Part shown: piece by piece, positions 12,501-26,136 of the stretch
Numbering within the stretch: the first letter of the stretch is position 1
How the letters are laid out: every line of letters starts with the position of its first letter
DNA from: Eledone cirrhosa
Taxonomy: Eukaryota
NCBI GenBank assembly: GCA_964016885.1
Contig: OZ024741.1
Location: 150,474,001 to 150,538,000 of the forward strand
Length of the DNA: 64,000 nucleotides
Direction of reading: 5' to 3'
Program-made: the position numbers and the translations under genes
Notes under the pieces: model-generated
The model's input: only the letters and a program-made list of their open reading frames with translations
What the model was told of the DNA's origin: nothing
The model's database searches: none

Positions 12501-15500
12501 ATATCTCTTTCTCTTAATTTCGAGTATATTTTTTTTGACCGGCCACCTTCCTAGTGGCAAGGTTGTAAAAGAAAAGAAATTGTCATCCCTTGAATCGCAA
12601 GAATGTTTTGCAAATTTTGAAGGTGCCAGCTATCGCAGCCATTTGTAGACCATGAATTAGGGAGCTGCGCTTTTTGTCCGCAAATCCAAGTTCAGTCATA
12701 CTTTGGTCCAAGCGAGTTGGTATATAACCCGTAGCTCCAATAATGATGGGTATGAAGCTAAAGGTGTATCTTGGATACTGGATTTGTAAACTCCTCATCA
12801 ATGGTCCGTAGATGTCCTCCTTCTCCTGTATTTTTCTGACAACGTTTACATCAAGTGGACAGCTGATCTCCACAACAGAACACGTTTTCAATGTGTGGTC
12901 CCAAACAACAATATCAGGCCGGTTGTGCTTTAATTTGGTGGCAGTTTTTATTTTCAGGTTCCACCAGTATTCCTTAGTGCCATCTGTCTCAATATATTCT
13001 TCCTCGTTTGTTGTTAATTTTGTTTTCCGAAGAACGTTCCAGATGGTTCTAGCTATCCCATCGAGTCTCATGGGGAGGTAGTAGCGAGATGACATTCTTT
13101 CGCAGCTGGCAACAATGTGGCTTACATACTCGATCTTTGTTTTACATAGCCTACATTTATTGTCAGCTGCTGGCCCTCCTCTTTTGTGCAGCAGATATTT
13201 AGTAGGGAGTTCTTGTTCCTGTATTGCATAGAGATATCCCCCAAGGTGTGATGTCATAAACTTGTCGGAACTCCATGCCAGGCTTTTTGAGTGGTTTATC
13301 CCCTCTATGGTCTGTGTTTTACGCCTCAAGTATCCATGCACAACTTTTTCTGTAAATTGGTCAATTTTTTTTATCTTGTTTGAACATTGAATAGGATCTT
13401 CCGATTTCTCTGGGTGAGAGATTTATATCAGGCTTTATTCCATATCTCTCCTCCAGATAAGTCGCTATTCTAATGATATTTTTTTTCCATGCTCATAAAC
13501 CTGGGCAAGATGGTTGCCAACCCTTTTCCTCTGTTGAAGGTGTTGCTTCAGTGTTACTATCCGGGTCTCATATGTTGTTAATATTGATTTTAGACCCCGG
13601 CCACCTTCCTTGCGTGAGAAGTATAGCCTATCCACATCACCATTGATGTTAAAGTTCCCAGTAACACTGAGAAGTTTTCGAGTTCTAACATCCATCTCAC
13701 TTAGATCTTGTAATGACCAGTTCAACAGGCCAAATGTTGGCGTTAGAATTGGCACAGCATAAGTATTGTGGGCAATGTATTTGTTGTATGCTAACAGTTC
13801 TGATGACCATGTTTTCTTTACTCTTCTGAGGTATTCAGTTCTGGTTCTCTCCTTATTTATGGGTCCATCATATCTGACATTCTCATCCTGTCCAAGATAT
13901 CTGTAGTTGTCACTTGACTGCAGAGGTTGTATTGTCAGGCCGTTCATCTCTAGATTTTTAGACGAGGGCACAGCTCTTCCACGTTTTACTGCCAAATATG
14001 CACACTTGAACTCACCAAATTTCATTTTGATGTCGGTTGAAAATTGTGTAATGAGGTCTAATTGTTTCTTGATGTCATTGATATTTGGCCCATACAACTT
14101 CAGGTCATCAACAAAGAAAAGATGGGAGATACTTCTGGGCCCACTTCTTTGTCCACCTTGTTTCCTGAGTAGGTAAGATAATGGATTCAGTGAGAGAACG
14201 AAGAGTAGCACTGACAAGCTATCACCCTGAAATATGCCCTTCTGGTAATGTATCTTATCAGTCTTAACTTGCTCCTTCTCATCTCTAAGGATCAAATTGG
14301 TGTACTAGTTCTTGGTCAGGCGTTCAACAGCAGCTACCAATGGTTGTGGGACTTTAGCTAACTGTAAAGCCTTAATAATCCACCCATGAGGTACACTATC
14401 ACATGCTTTTTGATAGTCCAGCCACACGACAGTCATGTTTCTGCGATTCTTTGTTGTTTTTTCCTGAATCATTTTGTTAGTTAGTAGGTGATCTATGCAA
14501 CCCCACACCTCCCTCTTTCCACCAGCTTGCTCAGGTGTTATGATGTTGTTGGTAGCACAGTGATCCTGTAAGAACAGGTTAAGGCACCCAGTATATAATT
14601 TATACATGATGTTTTGGCAGGCAATTGGGCGGTAATTTTTAGCAAGGGCGGTTTGGCTATTTTGGGGAATGAGGAGAGTAGTGGCAGTTAATAACCATCT
14701 GGGCAGTTCTTATGTGCCTTTAATGGTTTCTGTAAACAGCCGTATGAGATCTTGCCGATAGAAAGTGAAATTCTTCAACCAGTATCCTGTAATGAGGTCT
14801 GGGCCTGGCGATTTCCTATTCGATATTTTCTGTAGAGCTGTTTCCAGTATTGACCCATCTATGTCATATTGTTTTATCTGGACATGTTGGCAGTAGTCCT
14901 GTTCCAGTTATTTTAGCCAATTAGCTTGTCTGTTGAATCCGTCATCCGTTTCCCATACAGATCTCCAGTAGCTCTCAACCTGTTCTTTTGAAGGGGTGTC
15001 GTTTACAGGGATTGAGCTTTTGCCACCGAAGCTGCGATAAACTGATTTAGGATCTATGGCAAACAATCTATTTAGCACTTGTCGTTTATGTGCTGTTGAC
15101 TTATATTTTAGTCTTTCTGTTGTAGCTGTGAGTTGTTGTTTCAACTGGTGTAATTTGGAGTTCAAAGTTTTAAATTTTGTATCTCCAAATCGTCTCTCTA
15201 ACTTTTTCTTTAGGTCTTCCTGGTGTCGTGTGAAGTTGCTCTCTATGTTGCATTTCATAACGACTGCGATGTGTGAGATACTTCGTCTCAGGGACAAAAT
15301 TTTGGTTTTTCAATTTCGCATCCACGCTGGTTCAGGCTTTCTTTTTGTATCTTGATTGCGTGGTTTTAGATGTGTGTTATATGATAGCAATGTGACAGCT
15401 GAAACATATAACAAAACATTAAGCGTTTCAAATGTCGTTTCTACACCTTTAGATCGTATAGCCTTCAGATAATTGCCAGCTATTTCGTTCACCGCTTTCA

Positions 15501-16725
15501 ATTCCAATTTAGTGGGTTCTTTACTGATTCTGGTGTTGTATGGTCTGTCACTCACATTAAGGCTGTGTATCTCTTGAAACATATCGTTCCATATCACTTG
15601 TAGGGTGCCCACAAGTTTTTGGTGCTCTGTTTGTTCAGTAGAGTCATGAATTTCAGCTTCGTTGTTGATGTGGTGACAATTACTACTAGAGTTAGCTGAC
15701 CTTTCTCGCTGTTTTTCAGTGGAAATGGGATGGATTTCAGCAAAATTGTTGGTGAGCTGTTCACTGTTAGATTTAGCTGGCCATTCTCTTTGTCTGTCAG
15801 TGGAGGTGGGGTGGTTGTCTACAAGGGATGTATTTGTAGTATCACTCAATTCCGTTAGATGTATCAATTTACATATAATGATACGTTTTACCTGTTCATT
15901 TAAATGCTTTGGAGAAAAGTCTAATTCTGGGTGTTTGGAGTTCCATAAAGTTTTTAGCCTTTGCATAAAACCGAACTTTTGGGGTTCAGATTGTTTGTAT
16001 GCTTCATATAATACTTTGTTAAGCTCGTAGCTCCACTGTATACAACGGTTGTAGTTGCGATTTGGTCGAAGGAGACTTGTACTTTTTGCCACGATGAGTT
16101 CGTCTATTCACTAATATTTCGTATTTATTTTTCAAAATAGTCGATGATCTTCTTTAAAAGTTTCGACAAAGTTCTGTCAGAATCAAATTTAAAGTTATTC
16201 ACAGCTTGGGTAATATTTCTTTTCAGTTAGTTTTTAATTCTACAACTGTGTTTTAAACGTTGTTCTTGAATCGTTTGGATCGAGAACAAAAAGAACCGTT
16301 ACTTTGTATATTTCTTTATGAATGTAATATAATATAACAACGCTGTATTTATATGTTAAAGTTTATGTATCATTCATATAACTGTTCTACAACTTATTCA
16401 CAACATATTCACAGTTCAAACACTTATGTTTTTGTTTCTGAATCGAAAACGTTACTTGTATATTTCTTTATAAATGTAATATAACAACGTTGCATTTATA
16501 TGTTAAAGTGTATGTATCGTTCATATATCATAAGTGTATGTATCGTTCATATAAATAGGTGTTTTACAACACACTTCCAGTTCAAACACTTATGTAGAAT
16601 TATTGTATGTAATCTTACCGCGTAATGTAGCTCAACTTTTTCCAATATATGATATGTTGCCTTCATGTAAGCCGTAATTACACACGTCCGATTATCGGAC
16701 ACTGACCACAACGGTCGCCATTTGT
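12501..16725 (-). mobile_element. Full-length R4/Dong-clade element, family B, disrupted, in (TATG)n
   Basis: ORFs 15310-16092, 14908-15297, 14305-14607, 13465-14295, 12583-13341 with GIFQGDSLS, FFVDDLK, CRLC..HIVASC, NRPDI, EISCP; ~630-bp 5' UTR with an internal duplication. Confidence 0.92.
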
Positions 16726-16811
16726 ATGTATGTATGTATGTATGTATGTATGTATGTATGTATGTATGTATGTATGTATGTATGTATGTATGTATGTATG
16801 TATGTATGTAT

Positions 16812-17223
16812 GTTATCTCTTTCTCTTAATTTCGAGTATATTCTTTTGACCGGCCACCTTCCTGGTGGCAAGGTTGTAAAAGAAAAGAAATTGTCATCCC
16901 TTGAATCGCAAGAATGTTTTGCAAATTTTGAAGGTGCCAGCTATCGCAGCCATTTGTAGACTATGAATTAGGGAGCTGCGCTCATTGTCCGCAAATCCAA
17001 GTTCTGTCATTCTTTGGTCCAAGCGGGTTGGTATATAACCCGTAGCTCCAATAATGATGGGTATGAAGCTAAAGGTGTATCTTGGATACTGGATTTGTAA
17101 ACTCCTCATCAATGGTCCGTAGATGTCCTCCTTCTCCTGTATTTTTCTGACAACGTTTACATCAAGTGGGCAGCTGATCTCCACAACAGAACACGTTTTC
17201 AATGTGTGGTCCCAAACAACAAT
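16812..17223 (-). mobile_element. 5'-truncated family-B copy
   Basis: Matches 12501-12912; (TATG)n on both sides. Confidence 0.9.
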
Positions 17224-17299
17224 TATGTATGTATGTATGTATGTATGTATGTATGTATGTATGTATGTATGTATGTATGTATGTATGTATGTATGCAGC

Positions 17300-17465
17300 T
17301 ATTGCACATTTCCTGGTATCCTGGTGCCAGTACTTGGAATGTGGACATGCTGGGACTCATACTTCTAGGCTATATTTGATTACCACGTTGACTGAAATTT
17401 TGCTTATCGATCTGGGAAAGATGAAAAAGAAAGTGGACAACCGGATGCATTTGAACTCACAACTT
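17300..17465 (-). mobile_element. Degenerate SINE
   Basis: ttatcgatctgggaaagatgaaaaagaaagt..atttgaactcac resembles the SINE body. Confidence 0.45.
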
Positions 17466-17623
17466 AATATTGACCTGTTTCTAATACCACAAGGAATTTT
17501 ATCTGACGAAATATTGATTCTGATGTACATTTAACATCCAACCAATGTTTTTCACACACATACACACACACTAACGCACTCACATACGTATATATACACA
17601 CATACACACACTGACATATATCG

Positions 17624-17746
<123 letters not shown>

Positions 17747-18430
17747 CATACATATGTCTCTCTCTCTCGCTTTCTCTCTCACTCTCTATATATATACACC
17801 ACACACACTCACACGTACACAAACGCATACACACACGCACACACACACACACAAACACACACACACATATATATATACATACTTATATACATTTGTGTGT
17901 GTGTGTTGTGTGTGTGATTGTGAGTGCATGTGTAAATATATATATATATACATAGTCATGCGTATATTTATATATATATGTATGAATATTCTTATATATA
18001 CGTATATTTGTGCATGAATGCGTGTGATTATGTATGAATGCGTGTATATTCTGAGGAGTGTACATGTGCGTATAGGTTTCACTCCGTATATTGTCTATGT
18101 ATAGCGTGTATATTATGTATATTGTGTATAACATGAAAAGTGACATCCACAATGCCAAGAGATTTATATCATTAATCAAATTGTCTGATCTTTGTTTAAA
18201 ATTAATTATTAGAATGGCGTAGTAAAGATTTTGGCTTCTGTTTCCACTATTGAACATGTATGTATGTATGTATGTATGTATGTATGTATGTATGTATGTA
18301 TGTATGTATGTATGTATGTATGTATGTATGTATGTATGTATGCATGTATGCATGTATGTATGTATGTATGTATGTATGTATGTATGTATGTATGTATGTA
18401 TGTATGTATGTATGTATGAATGCATGTATG

Positions 18431-19145
18431 TATTTTCTCTTTCTTTTAATTTCGAGTATATTTTTGACCGGCCACCTTCCTGGTGTCAATGTTGTAAAAG
18501 AAAAGAAATTGACATCCCTTGAATCGCAAGACTGTTTTGCAAATTTTGAAGGTGCCAGATATCATGGCCATTTGTAGTCTATGAATTAGGGAGCTGCGCT
18601 CTTTGTCCACAAATCCAAGTTCAGTTATACTTTGGTTCAAGCGGGTTGGTATATAACCTGTAGCTCCAATAATAACGGGAATGAAGCTGAATGTGTATTT
18701 TGGATACTTGATTTGCAAACTCCTCATCAATGGTCCATAGATGTCCTCCTCTTGTATTTTTCTTACAACGATTGACACCAAGTGGGCAGCTGATCTCTAC
18801 TACAGAGCACGTTTTCAATGTGTGGTCCCAAACAACATTAGCAGGCCACTTATGCTTTAATTATGTGGTAGTTTTTATTTTCAGGCTCCACCAGTATTCC
18901 TTAGTGCCATTTATCTCAGCATATTCCTCCTCTTCTGTTTTTAATTTTCTTTTCTTTAGTGCGTTACAGATGGTTCCAGATGGTTCTTTCACAGTTCGCA
19001 ACAATGTGGCTAACATCTTCATTTTACATAGCCTACATTTATTGTCGGCTGATGCCCCCCCCCTCTTTTGTGTAGTATATATTTGGTAGGGATTTCTTGT
19101 TCCTGTATTGCATACATATATCCTTCAAGATAGGATGTTATAAAT
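18431..19145 (-). mobile_element. Diverged family-B 3' fragment
   Basis: LEGYMYAIQEQEIPTKY, EISCPL, TFKICK; (TATG)n 18256-18431 at its 3' end; 5' side abuts the RTE (GAA)n tail. Confidence 0.85.
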
Positions 19146-20712
19146 TCTTCTTCTTCTTCTTCTTCTTCTTCTTCTTCTTCTTCTTCTTCTTCTTCTTCTT
19201 CTTCTTCTTCTTCTTCTTCTTCTTCTTCTTCTTCTTCTTCTTCTTCTTCTTCTTCTTCTTCTTCTTCACACACTTATTCCTGAGAGGGTCGTGGGGGCAG
19301 AGTCCACTAAGACTCCTTCGAAGTTCATGAATATTATCCAACCATCATGCTCGATGTTTACACCTGGGTGTCCATTGGTTTTGTCCGTAAAATTAATCCT
19401 GAGACATTCTAACCACATACCCACACTATCGGAGCAGTGATCTCTCAATTCGGAAAAGTAGCGGCTCTACCCGGAGTGACTCTCTAATCTCCGAGCCATT
19501 GACTCTATCGAGTAACGTTACTCCAAAGACCCTTCGAAGAAACCCGATTTCGGCTGCTTGTATTCGCGATCGTATTCTTTCGGTCATTACCAAAGATTCA
19601 TGACCATAGGTAAGGGTTACCACAAATACCGAATTGAAGATATTAAGTTTGGCTTTTACATCTACCTCCATCCTTTTGATGACCGAATGCTGAAGCTGGT
19701 GCATTACTGCATCAACTCCCGCAATTATTGCATTTGATTCAGCCTCCTGTCTTCTATCAATTGTGAACACGGCCCCATAAAGTGCAAGTAGGAGATCACC
19801 TTCTGTCGAGTTAAGTAACACCATATCATCTGCGAATTCCAGTCGACAGATTTTACACCCTCCAGTCGTGATACCACTTACAAACCGGCTGCGCCTGTCG
19901 ATGCTGTTCATGAAAGTAATGAACAGGAGACGTGACCATTGAATGGTTTCGATTTAGCACAATTTATCCGAACATAGCAAGATGCTGACCATAGATCCCA
20001 TACTCCCGAAGAACCTTCCACAGTAGGACACGAGGAACGCCCTTTCGAGGTCTATAAAACAAGAATATGCCTCTTGGCAATACTCCCACGATTTCTCGAA
20101 GACCTACTCAACTATGAGTATTTGGTTGGCTGTGGTGCGTCAGGGACGCAAACCACACTGTTCATCAGCTAACCTGGACTCGACAGTCTTCCTGCATCTC
20201 TTTGCTAGGAATTTAGCATAGACTTTACAGGGGAGGCTTAACAAGATCCCTCTGTAATTGAAACAATCTTTCTTGTCTCCTTTTTTGAAAATGGGGATTC
20301 GCACTCCCGATTGCCATTGCTTAGGTGCCTTTCCAGAGATCCAAGCTATCCGGCACACACGAGCCAACCAGAGAATACATTCTCTTTTAAAGGCTTTTAA
20401 CATCTCGTCGGGTCGGATTTCATCTTCCCCAGCGGCCATGCCACATTTGTGACCTCAGTCTTTGAGAGATTAGTCACCGCTTCTAGACGCACCTCGTGTT
20501 CATCAGAAGATGCCGTTGCGATCGGGTTTATGAGAGCAGCAAAGTAGAGAGACGCGTTTCTGACAGCAGAAGTGGAAGAGGACTTCCTATTACGAAGTAA
20601 GCAGACGGTCTGCCAGAATACTTTAGTTGCTGACCTGAAGTATTCCCATGTCTTGACATTGGACACGATTACTGTCTTTGCTGCGATTCTTCGTGCCTGC
20701 TTGTACTGATTT
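19145..20712 (-). mobile_element. RTE-clade LINE 3' fragment with (GAA)n tail
   Basis: IPIFKKGDKKDCFNYRGI, EQCGLRP, LEFADDMVL, LTYGHES..RIQAAEIGFLRR; (TTC)n 19145-19267 at the 3' end. Confidence 0.88.
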
Positions 20713-23700
20713 ACTAAACTTTTCCCCAAAATAAGTTTTCCCGAAAATTTCATCATGAATTTTCCACAAAATTTTATTAAAGATTTCAACAAAAATTTTC
20801 CCAAGATTGCTGCAAATGTTCCGTAAAAATTTTCGTAAAGATTTTCGTAAATATTGAAGACCAAAAAAGGAAATAAGGTTAATTAATCACGTTTCTGTCG
20901 GGTGCATTATATTTAAAATAGTACTAGTTCCAAATTTTCAGTAAAACTTTCCATAAAAATAAAAATAAAAATTTCCGAATATTTTCCCTAAATTTTCATA
21001 AAAACTTTCATCAAAACATTTTCTCCAATTTTCTTAAAATTTTCTCAAACTACTTCCAAAACGTTCGCTGAAAATCTACCAAAGAGCTTCGCAAAATCTT
21101 TAAATATTTCGCCAAAATTTAATTTAACTTACCAAAAAATTCCATCAAAATTTTTCCCCAAAATTCGCCAGAATTTTCATTACAGTTTTATCGAAGCATT
21201 TTAAAATATTTCTTCTAAAACTTCAAATATTTTTCATAAAACCTCTTACAAATTTCATTAAATGTTTTACCTCAAATTTCATTAAATATTCTGACAAATA
21301 ATTTATCAAAAATTTTCCCGAAAATTTCATCATAAATTTTCCCAAAAGTTTCATTAAAGATTTCAACAAAAATTTTCCTAAGATTACTGCAATGTTTTTT
21401 TTAAATATATTTTTCCAAAAGATTCGTAATGACATTCGTAAATATTGAAAAACAGAAGGAAATAAGTTTAATTATTTATGCTTCTGTTAGGTGCTCATAT
21501 TCAAATTAGAACTACTAGCTTCAAATTTCCAGTAAAACTTTGCATAAACATTTCTAAAACGATTTCCGAATATTTTCCCCAAATTTTCATGTAAACTTTC
21601 ACCAAAATATTTTCTCAAATTTTCTCGAAATTTTATTTAACACAATCCAAAACATTCGTCGAAAATCTACCAAAGAACTTCACAATATCTTTAAATATTT
21701 CGCCAAAATTTCCTTTAACTTTCCAAAAAATTCCATCAAACGTTTCCACCAAAAGTCTTCAGAATTTTCATTAGAGTTTCATCAAAGGTTTTTAAAATGT
21801 TTCTTCGAAAATTTCATCAAATATTTTCCATAAAATCTCTTACAAAATTCATTAAAAGTTTTACCTCTAGTTTCATTAAACATTCCCCCAAATATTTTAT
21901 GAAAAATTTTCCCGAAAATTTTATCATAAATTTTCCTCAAAGTTTCATTAAAGATTTCAACAAAAGTTTCTCCCAAAATTACTACAAAGTTTTTTTAAAT
22001 ATTCTACCAAATGTTTCGTATAGATTTTAGTAAATATTGAAATCCAGAAGAAAATAAGTTTAATTAATCATGTTTCTGTCGGGTGCTCATAATTAAATAA
22101 GTACGAGTAACTCTAAATTTTCTCGGAATTTTCTCAAACACATTCCAAAACGTTCGTAGAAAATCTATCAAAGAACTTTGGAAAATCTTTACATATTTCG
22201 CCAAAATTTAATTCAAATTTTCAAAGGTTTCCTGCAAGATTCTTAAGAATTTTCATTAAAGTATCATCAAAGCCTTTTAAAGTGTTTCTCGTAAAATTTC
22301 ATCAAATATTTTCCATGAAATCTCTTACTAAATTAATAAAAGTTACAAAATTCATTAAAAGTTTAACCTCAAATTTCATTAAACATACCCCCAAATATTT
22401 TATGAAAAATTTTCTCGAAAATTTTCTCATAAATTTTCCTCAAAGTTTCATTAAAGATTTCAACAAAAATTTTCCCAAGATTATTGCACATTTTTTTTTA
22501 GATAATTTTACAAGTGTTTCGTAAAGATTTTTGTAAAGATTTTAGTAAATATTGAAAAAGAATAAGGAAATAAGTTTAATTAATCATGTTTTTTAAATTA
22601 ATCATGTATTTAAATTAATATGACTAGCTCCAAATTTTCAGTAAAACTTTCTCTAAAAATTTCTAAAAAGATTTCCTGAATTTTCCCCAAATTTTCATAA
22701 AAACTTTCATCAAGACATTTTCTCCAATTTTCTCGAAATTTCCGAAACGTTCGCCGAAGTTCTACCGAAGAACTTCGCAAAATCTTTAAGTATTTCACAA
22801 AAATCTCATTTACCTTTCCAAAATATTATATCAAAAGTTTAACCCTAAATTCTCAGTTTAACAAAAAGTTCCCCAGATTTTTCATTCATGTTTCATGAAA
22901 GTTTTTATAAAAATTTAAGAAACATTTTTGATGAAAATCTATTGAAGAACTTTGCAAAATCTTTAAATATTTCGCCAAAATTTGATTTAACATTCCAAAA
23001 TATTTCATCAAAGGTTTAACCCTAAATTATTCAGAATTTACATTAAAGTTTCATGAAAGTTTTTAAAATATTTCTCCCAAAATGTCATCAAATATTTTTC
23101 ATAAAATATCTTACAAAATTCATTAAAGTTTTACCTCAAATTACTTTAAACATTCCTCCAAATATTTTATGAACGTTTTCCCCGAAAATTTCATCATAAA
23201 TCTTCCCCAAAGTTTCATTAAAGATTTCAACAAAAATTTTCTCAAAATTTCTGCAAAGTTTTTATGGAAATTAAGGAAAAAAGTTTAGGAAATCTTTTTA
23301 GAAATTTTCAGAGAAAATCTTACTGCTAATTCAGAGCTATTCGTACTAATTGAAATATAAGCACTCAAAAACACAATTAATTAAAATTATTTCCTTCTTT
23401 TTTTTTTCAATATTTTCGAAAATCGTTACGAAACATTTAGAAAAATATCTCAAATAAACTTAGTAATTTTGAGAAAAAGTTATGTTGAAATCTTTAATAA
23501 AACTTTGGGGAAAATAAATTATGAAATTTTCGGGAAAACTTTCATAAAATATTTTGGGAATGCTTAATAAAATTTGAGGTACAACCTTTATTGAATTTTA
23601 AAAATATTTTATGGAAAATATTTGATGAAAATCTACCAAAGAACTTTGCAAAATCTTTAGATATTTCGCCAAAATTTCATTTAACATTCCAAAATATTTC

Positions 23701-24545
23701 ATTAAAGTTTCTTGAAAGTTTAAAAAAATGTTTCTCCCAAAATATCATCAAATATTTTCCATAAAATGTCTTAAAAATTCATTAAAGGTTTTACCTCAAA
23801 TTTCATTAAACATTCCTCCAAATATTTTATAAAACATTTTCCCGAAAATTTCCTCATAAATTTCCCCAAAGTCTCATTAAAGATTTCAACAAAAAGTTTC
23901 CCCCAAATTACTGCAAAGTTTTTAAAGATATTTTTCCAAATGTTTGTAAAGACTTTCATAAATATTTTTGTAAATATTGAAAAGCAGACGGAAATAAATT
24001 TAATTAATAATGTTTCTGTCGGGTGCTCATATTTAAATTAGTACGACTAGCCCTAAGTTTGCAGTAAGATTTTCGCTAAAAATTCTACAAAGATTTCCTA
24101 AAATTTTCCCAAAATTTTCATTAAATCTTTCCCCAAAACATTTTCGGAAATTTTCTCGAAATTTTCTCAAACCACTTCCACTATATTCGCCGAAATTCTA
24201 CTAAAGAAGTTCATAAAATCTTTAAATATTTCGGCAAAACATCATTTAACTTTCCAAAAATTCCATGAATGTGTCCGCCAAAATTCTCCAGAATTTTTAA
24301 TAAACTTTCAAGAAAGTTTTTTAAAGTGTTTCTCCAAAGATATTTTCAAACATTTTCCATAAAATCTCTTAAAAATTCATAAACTTTCCTCCAAATATTT
24401 TATGAAATTGTTTGCCGAAATTTTATCCTAAATTTTTCCAAAAAGTTCATTAAAGATTTCAAAAAACATTTCCCCCAAATTTCCTGCAAAGTTTTTAGAA
24501 ATATTTTTTCAAATGATTCGTAAAAGATTTTTGTAAATATTGAAA
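20712..24545. repeat. Diverged AT-rich ~590-bp satellite of A/T tracts, one unit inverted (~23260-23630)
   Basis: gtaaatattgaa recurs near 20848, 21439, 22031, 22546, 23971, 24533; attaaagatttcaacaaaa recurs; reverse-complement motifs at ~23340-23600. Confidence 0.8.
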
Positions 24546-24721
24546 TCCCTCTGTACACATCATTAGGACTAATACGTTTTAGCTAGTAGATTTTTTCTGA
24601 TTTGTTATTACTCTTTCCTATCAAAGCCCTCTTGATATCTCCCCTCAACATATTCTCATTAGATAGAAAAGGGAAACGGAGAGAGGAAGAGGGAGAGAAT
24701 GTGTGTGTGCGAGAGAAGAGA

Positions 24722-24763
<42 letters not shown>

Positions 24764-24973
24764 GAGAAAAGGTGAGAGGGGTTCTGATCAAATGCCTTTC
24801 AAGCCAGTCTCTAGGGGAAATACAATAGACTATTCTTTTCTTTTGAAGTTGAATTCTTTAGAAATTACTGTAATTGAATAATACCGTTTCTCTGTCTCTG
24901 TTTGAATGTCTGTCTGTCTCTCTTTCTCTCTCTCACTATATTATATCTATATATATGTGGATATATGTATATG

Positions 24974-25019
<46 letters not shown>

Positions 25020-25346
25020 GAGAGAGAGAGAGAGATAGAGAGAGAGATAGGGAGAGATAAGGGGGGAGAGAGAGAGAGAGATAGAGAGAGAGAGAATGAG
25101 TGATTGAGGATGATGTGGTCATGCGCGGAGGAAGTAATTGTCATGAGTGCTACATAAAAGTCTGAGCGATCGTCGAAATAGACACAATGTTTGTTTATAT
25201 ATATATATTTATTTATTTATTTATATATATATGTATGATATAATCATGTGTGTATGTATATATATATATATTCACACACACACATATATGTGTTTGTGCG
25301 TGTGTGTGTGTGTATGAATGAATATATATATATTTACACACACACG

Positions 25347-25386
<40 letters not shown>

Positions 25387-25484
25387 GTGGTAGAATACTG
25401 GAAGGTAATATCAGTAGTGGTAGAGCACTCAGTCCATGGGACGAGTTAGGTAGAAGTGGTTACACAACAGTTAGTTCACCATAC

Positions 25485-25522
25485 CGAGAACAATTGTTTC
25501 ACCTTAGCGGATCCTCAGCTCG
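25485..25522 (-). ncRNA. Type-I hammerhead
   Basis: cgag-CTGAGGA-tcc(gctaa)ggt-GAAA-caatt-GTT-ctcg; palindromic ACAATTGT stem III. Confidence 0.78.
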
Positions 25523-26013
25523 TAATCGACATGGTTATACGGAACAGAAAGGATAACCGTAAGAACGCGCATGCTCAGAAACGATCACCTCACACAGGCA
25601 ATACTAAATTGCGTGCGAGAGGTGTAAGGGAGATAACTGCGAAATTCCGAAAGTTTCTAGTTGATAAGAAAATTAGGATGTTGTTGTAATTCAATCCGGA
25701 GCTTTGTTATGTAAGAGGTGTTTCGAGACGTGTGGACAACGCGTGAGTAATTCATTTCTTGTGTTTGCGTAATCTCTTTAGAATATTTATTCGTTCATAG
25801 TCCACACGACGGATTGCCCCTTGCGTATGGCTTAGACTTAGTGATGGCTTTCCATTGAATGGAGTAGTCTATACTTGAGTCCTTGAGGGACTTTCGCAGT
25901 TATCTCCCTTACACCTCTCGCACGCAATTTAGTATTGCCTGTGTGAAGTGATCGTTTCTGCGCATGCGCGTTCGTACGGTTGTCCTTGCTGTTCCGTATA
26001 ACCATGTCCATTA

Positions 26014-26051
26014 CGAGCTGAGGATCCGCTAAGGTGAAACAGTTGTTCTCG
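26014..26051 (+). ncRNA. Type-I hammerhead (other arm)
   Basis: cgag-CTGAGGA-tccgctaaggt-GAAA-cagtt-GTT-ctcg. Confidence 0.75.
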
Positions 26052-26085
26052 GTTCGGTATGGTGAACTAACTGTTGTGTAACCAC

Positions 26086-26134
<49 letters not shown>

Positions 26135-26136
<2 letters not shown>

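Larger units (their letters stand above)
25385..26089. mobile_element. Fold-back hammerhead element in (TA)n; arms ~25451-25648 and ~25892-26089
   Basis: Inverted arms of ~200 bp; (TA)n on both flanks; third partial copy at ~53565-53675. Confidence 0.82.

Noticed and set aside
20720-23959. K/F/I-rich ORFs in the satellite
   Set aside because: Low-complexity translations of the tandem repeat.
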